NCBI GenBank assembly: GCA_044892525.1
Contig: CM097887.1
Location: 18,724,001-18,788,000, forward strand
Reading direction: 5' to 3'
Source: Schmidtea polychroa
Taxonomy: Eukaryota
Length of the DNA stretch: 64,000 bases
In this document: piece after piece, positions 63,428 through 64,000 of the stretch
How the letters are laid out: each line of letters opens with the position of its first letter
Position numbering within the stretch: position 1 is the first letter of the stretch
Notes under the pieces: generated by a model
What the model was told of the DNA's origin: nothing
Seen by the model: only the letters and a program-made list of their open reading frames with translations
Database searches by the model: none
Translations under genes and position numbers: made by a program

Positions 63428-64000
63428 TTTTCTAATTTTATTACTTGGATTATTTAATTTTTGTTTATTAATTTTTTTTTAAATAATAAAGAAAAAAGTT
63501 GTTTAATTTTTTGTCATAAATGTATTTAATTTGCCTTATAAATAATTATAATCAAAATATTATAGTTTATACACTATAACCGAATTTTAAAATAAATTGA
63601 CAATTATAAATTATCAAACATTGACAGTGACGTCGCTTTACTTTTAAACGATAATAACATAAGACCATAGAAAATAGTGACCGGTATTTGCTTATAATAT
63701 AGCTTTTTAGTAGGTACCTTATTGAAAAAAAATCAAAGGCGCCAAACATTTTTTGCACACACACAAAAAAACCACGAGCCGGGACTATATATACATGAGT
63801 ATTTTATTATTCGATTAATAGATATTAATTATTAAACTATACTATCCAGAATCATGCTATAGGAATTTATATAATCACATCTATATTACTTTGATTAATT
63901 ATACGCGTGTGCTATTCGTCACCATAGTGAAGTAATAGGCACTGGATAATGGATCCTTGGTTAAAAGAAATTTGAATACGCTTTTGGTCGAATCAAAAGT

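Overview
AT-rich animal (eukaryotic) scaffold with many N-gaps, 43-58-nt minimal introns and TTAGGG repeats. This is compatible with a triclad flatworm such as a planarian, which is an inference. The first 15 kb hold one intact 8-exon zinc transporter ZnT5/SLC30A5 gene (382-14802, +). An intact 5-exon cathepsin L gene (3539-4752, -) is nested antisense in its third intron, and there are small hAT relics. The remaining ~49 kb is a nested mobile-element graveyard: three larger hAT transposons (one with perfect TIR/TSD), a MULE, a piggyBac-type MITE, Ty3/gypsy fragments, a decayed Polinton/Maverick (pPolB + integrase), an interstitial telomeric array and a near-identical 3.1-kb duplication. The most unusual signal is a recurring cassette that I cannot assign to a named family. 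It consists of a Trp-rich ORF (ORF-A), a coiled-coil ORF (ORF-B, 7 copies or fragments) and a ~230-nt multi-helix RNA-like motif (RNA-1). RNA-1 has six diverged copies, all on +, showing compensatory base changes, a GNRA-capped hairpin and probable pseudoknots. In one copy the motif runs directly into an R2/NeSL-type reverse transcriptase-REL remnant. A second, unrelated ~330-nt structured motif (RNA-2) occurs twice. All alignments and pairings were read by eye; no folding or database search was run.
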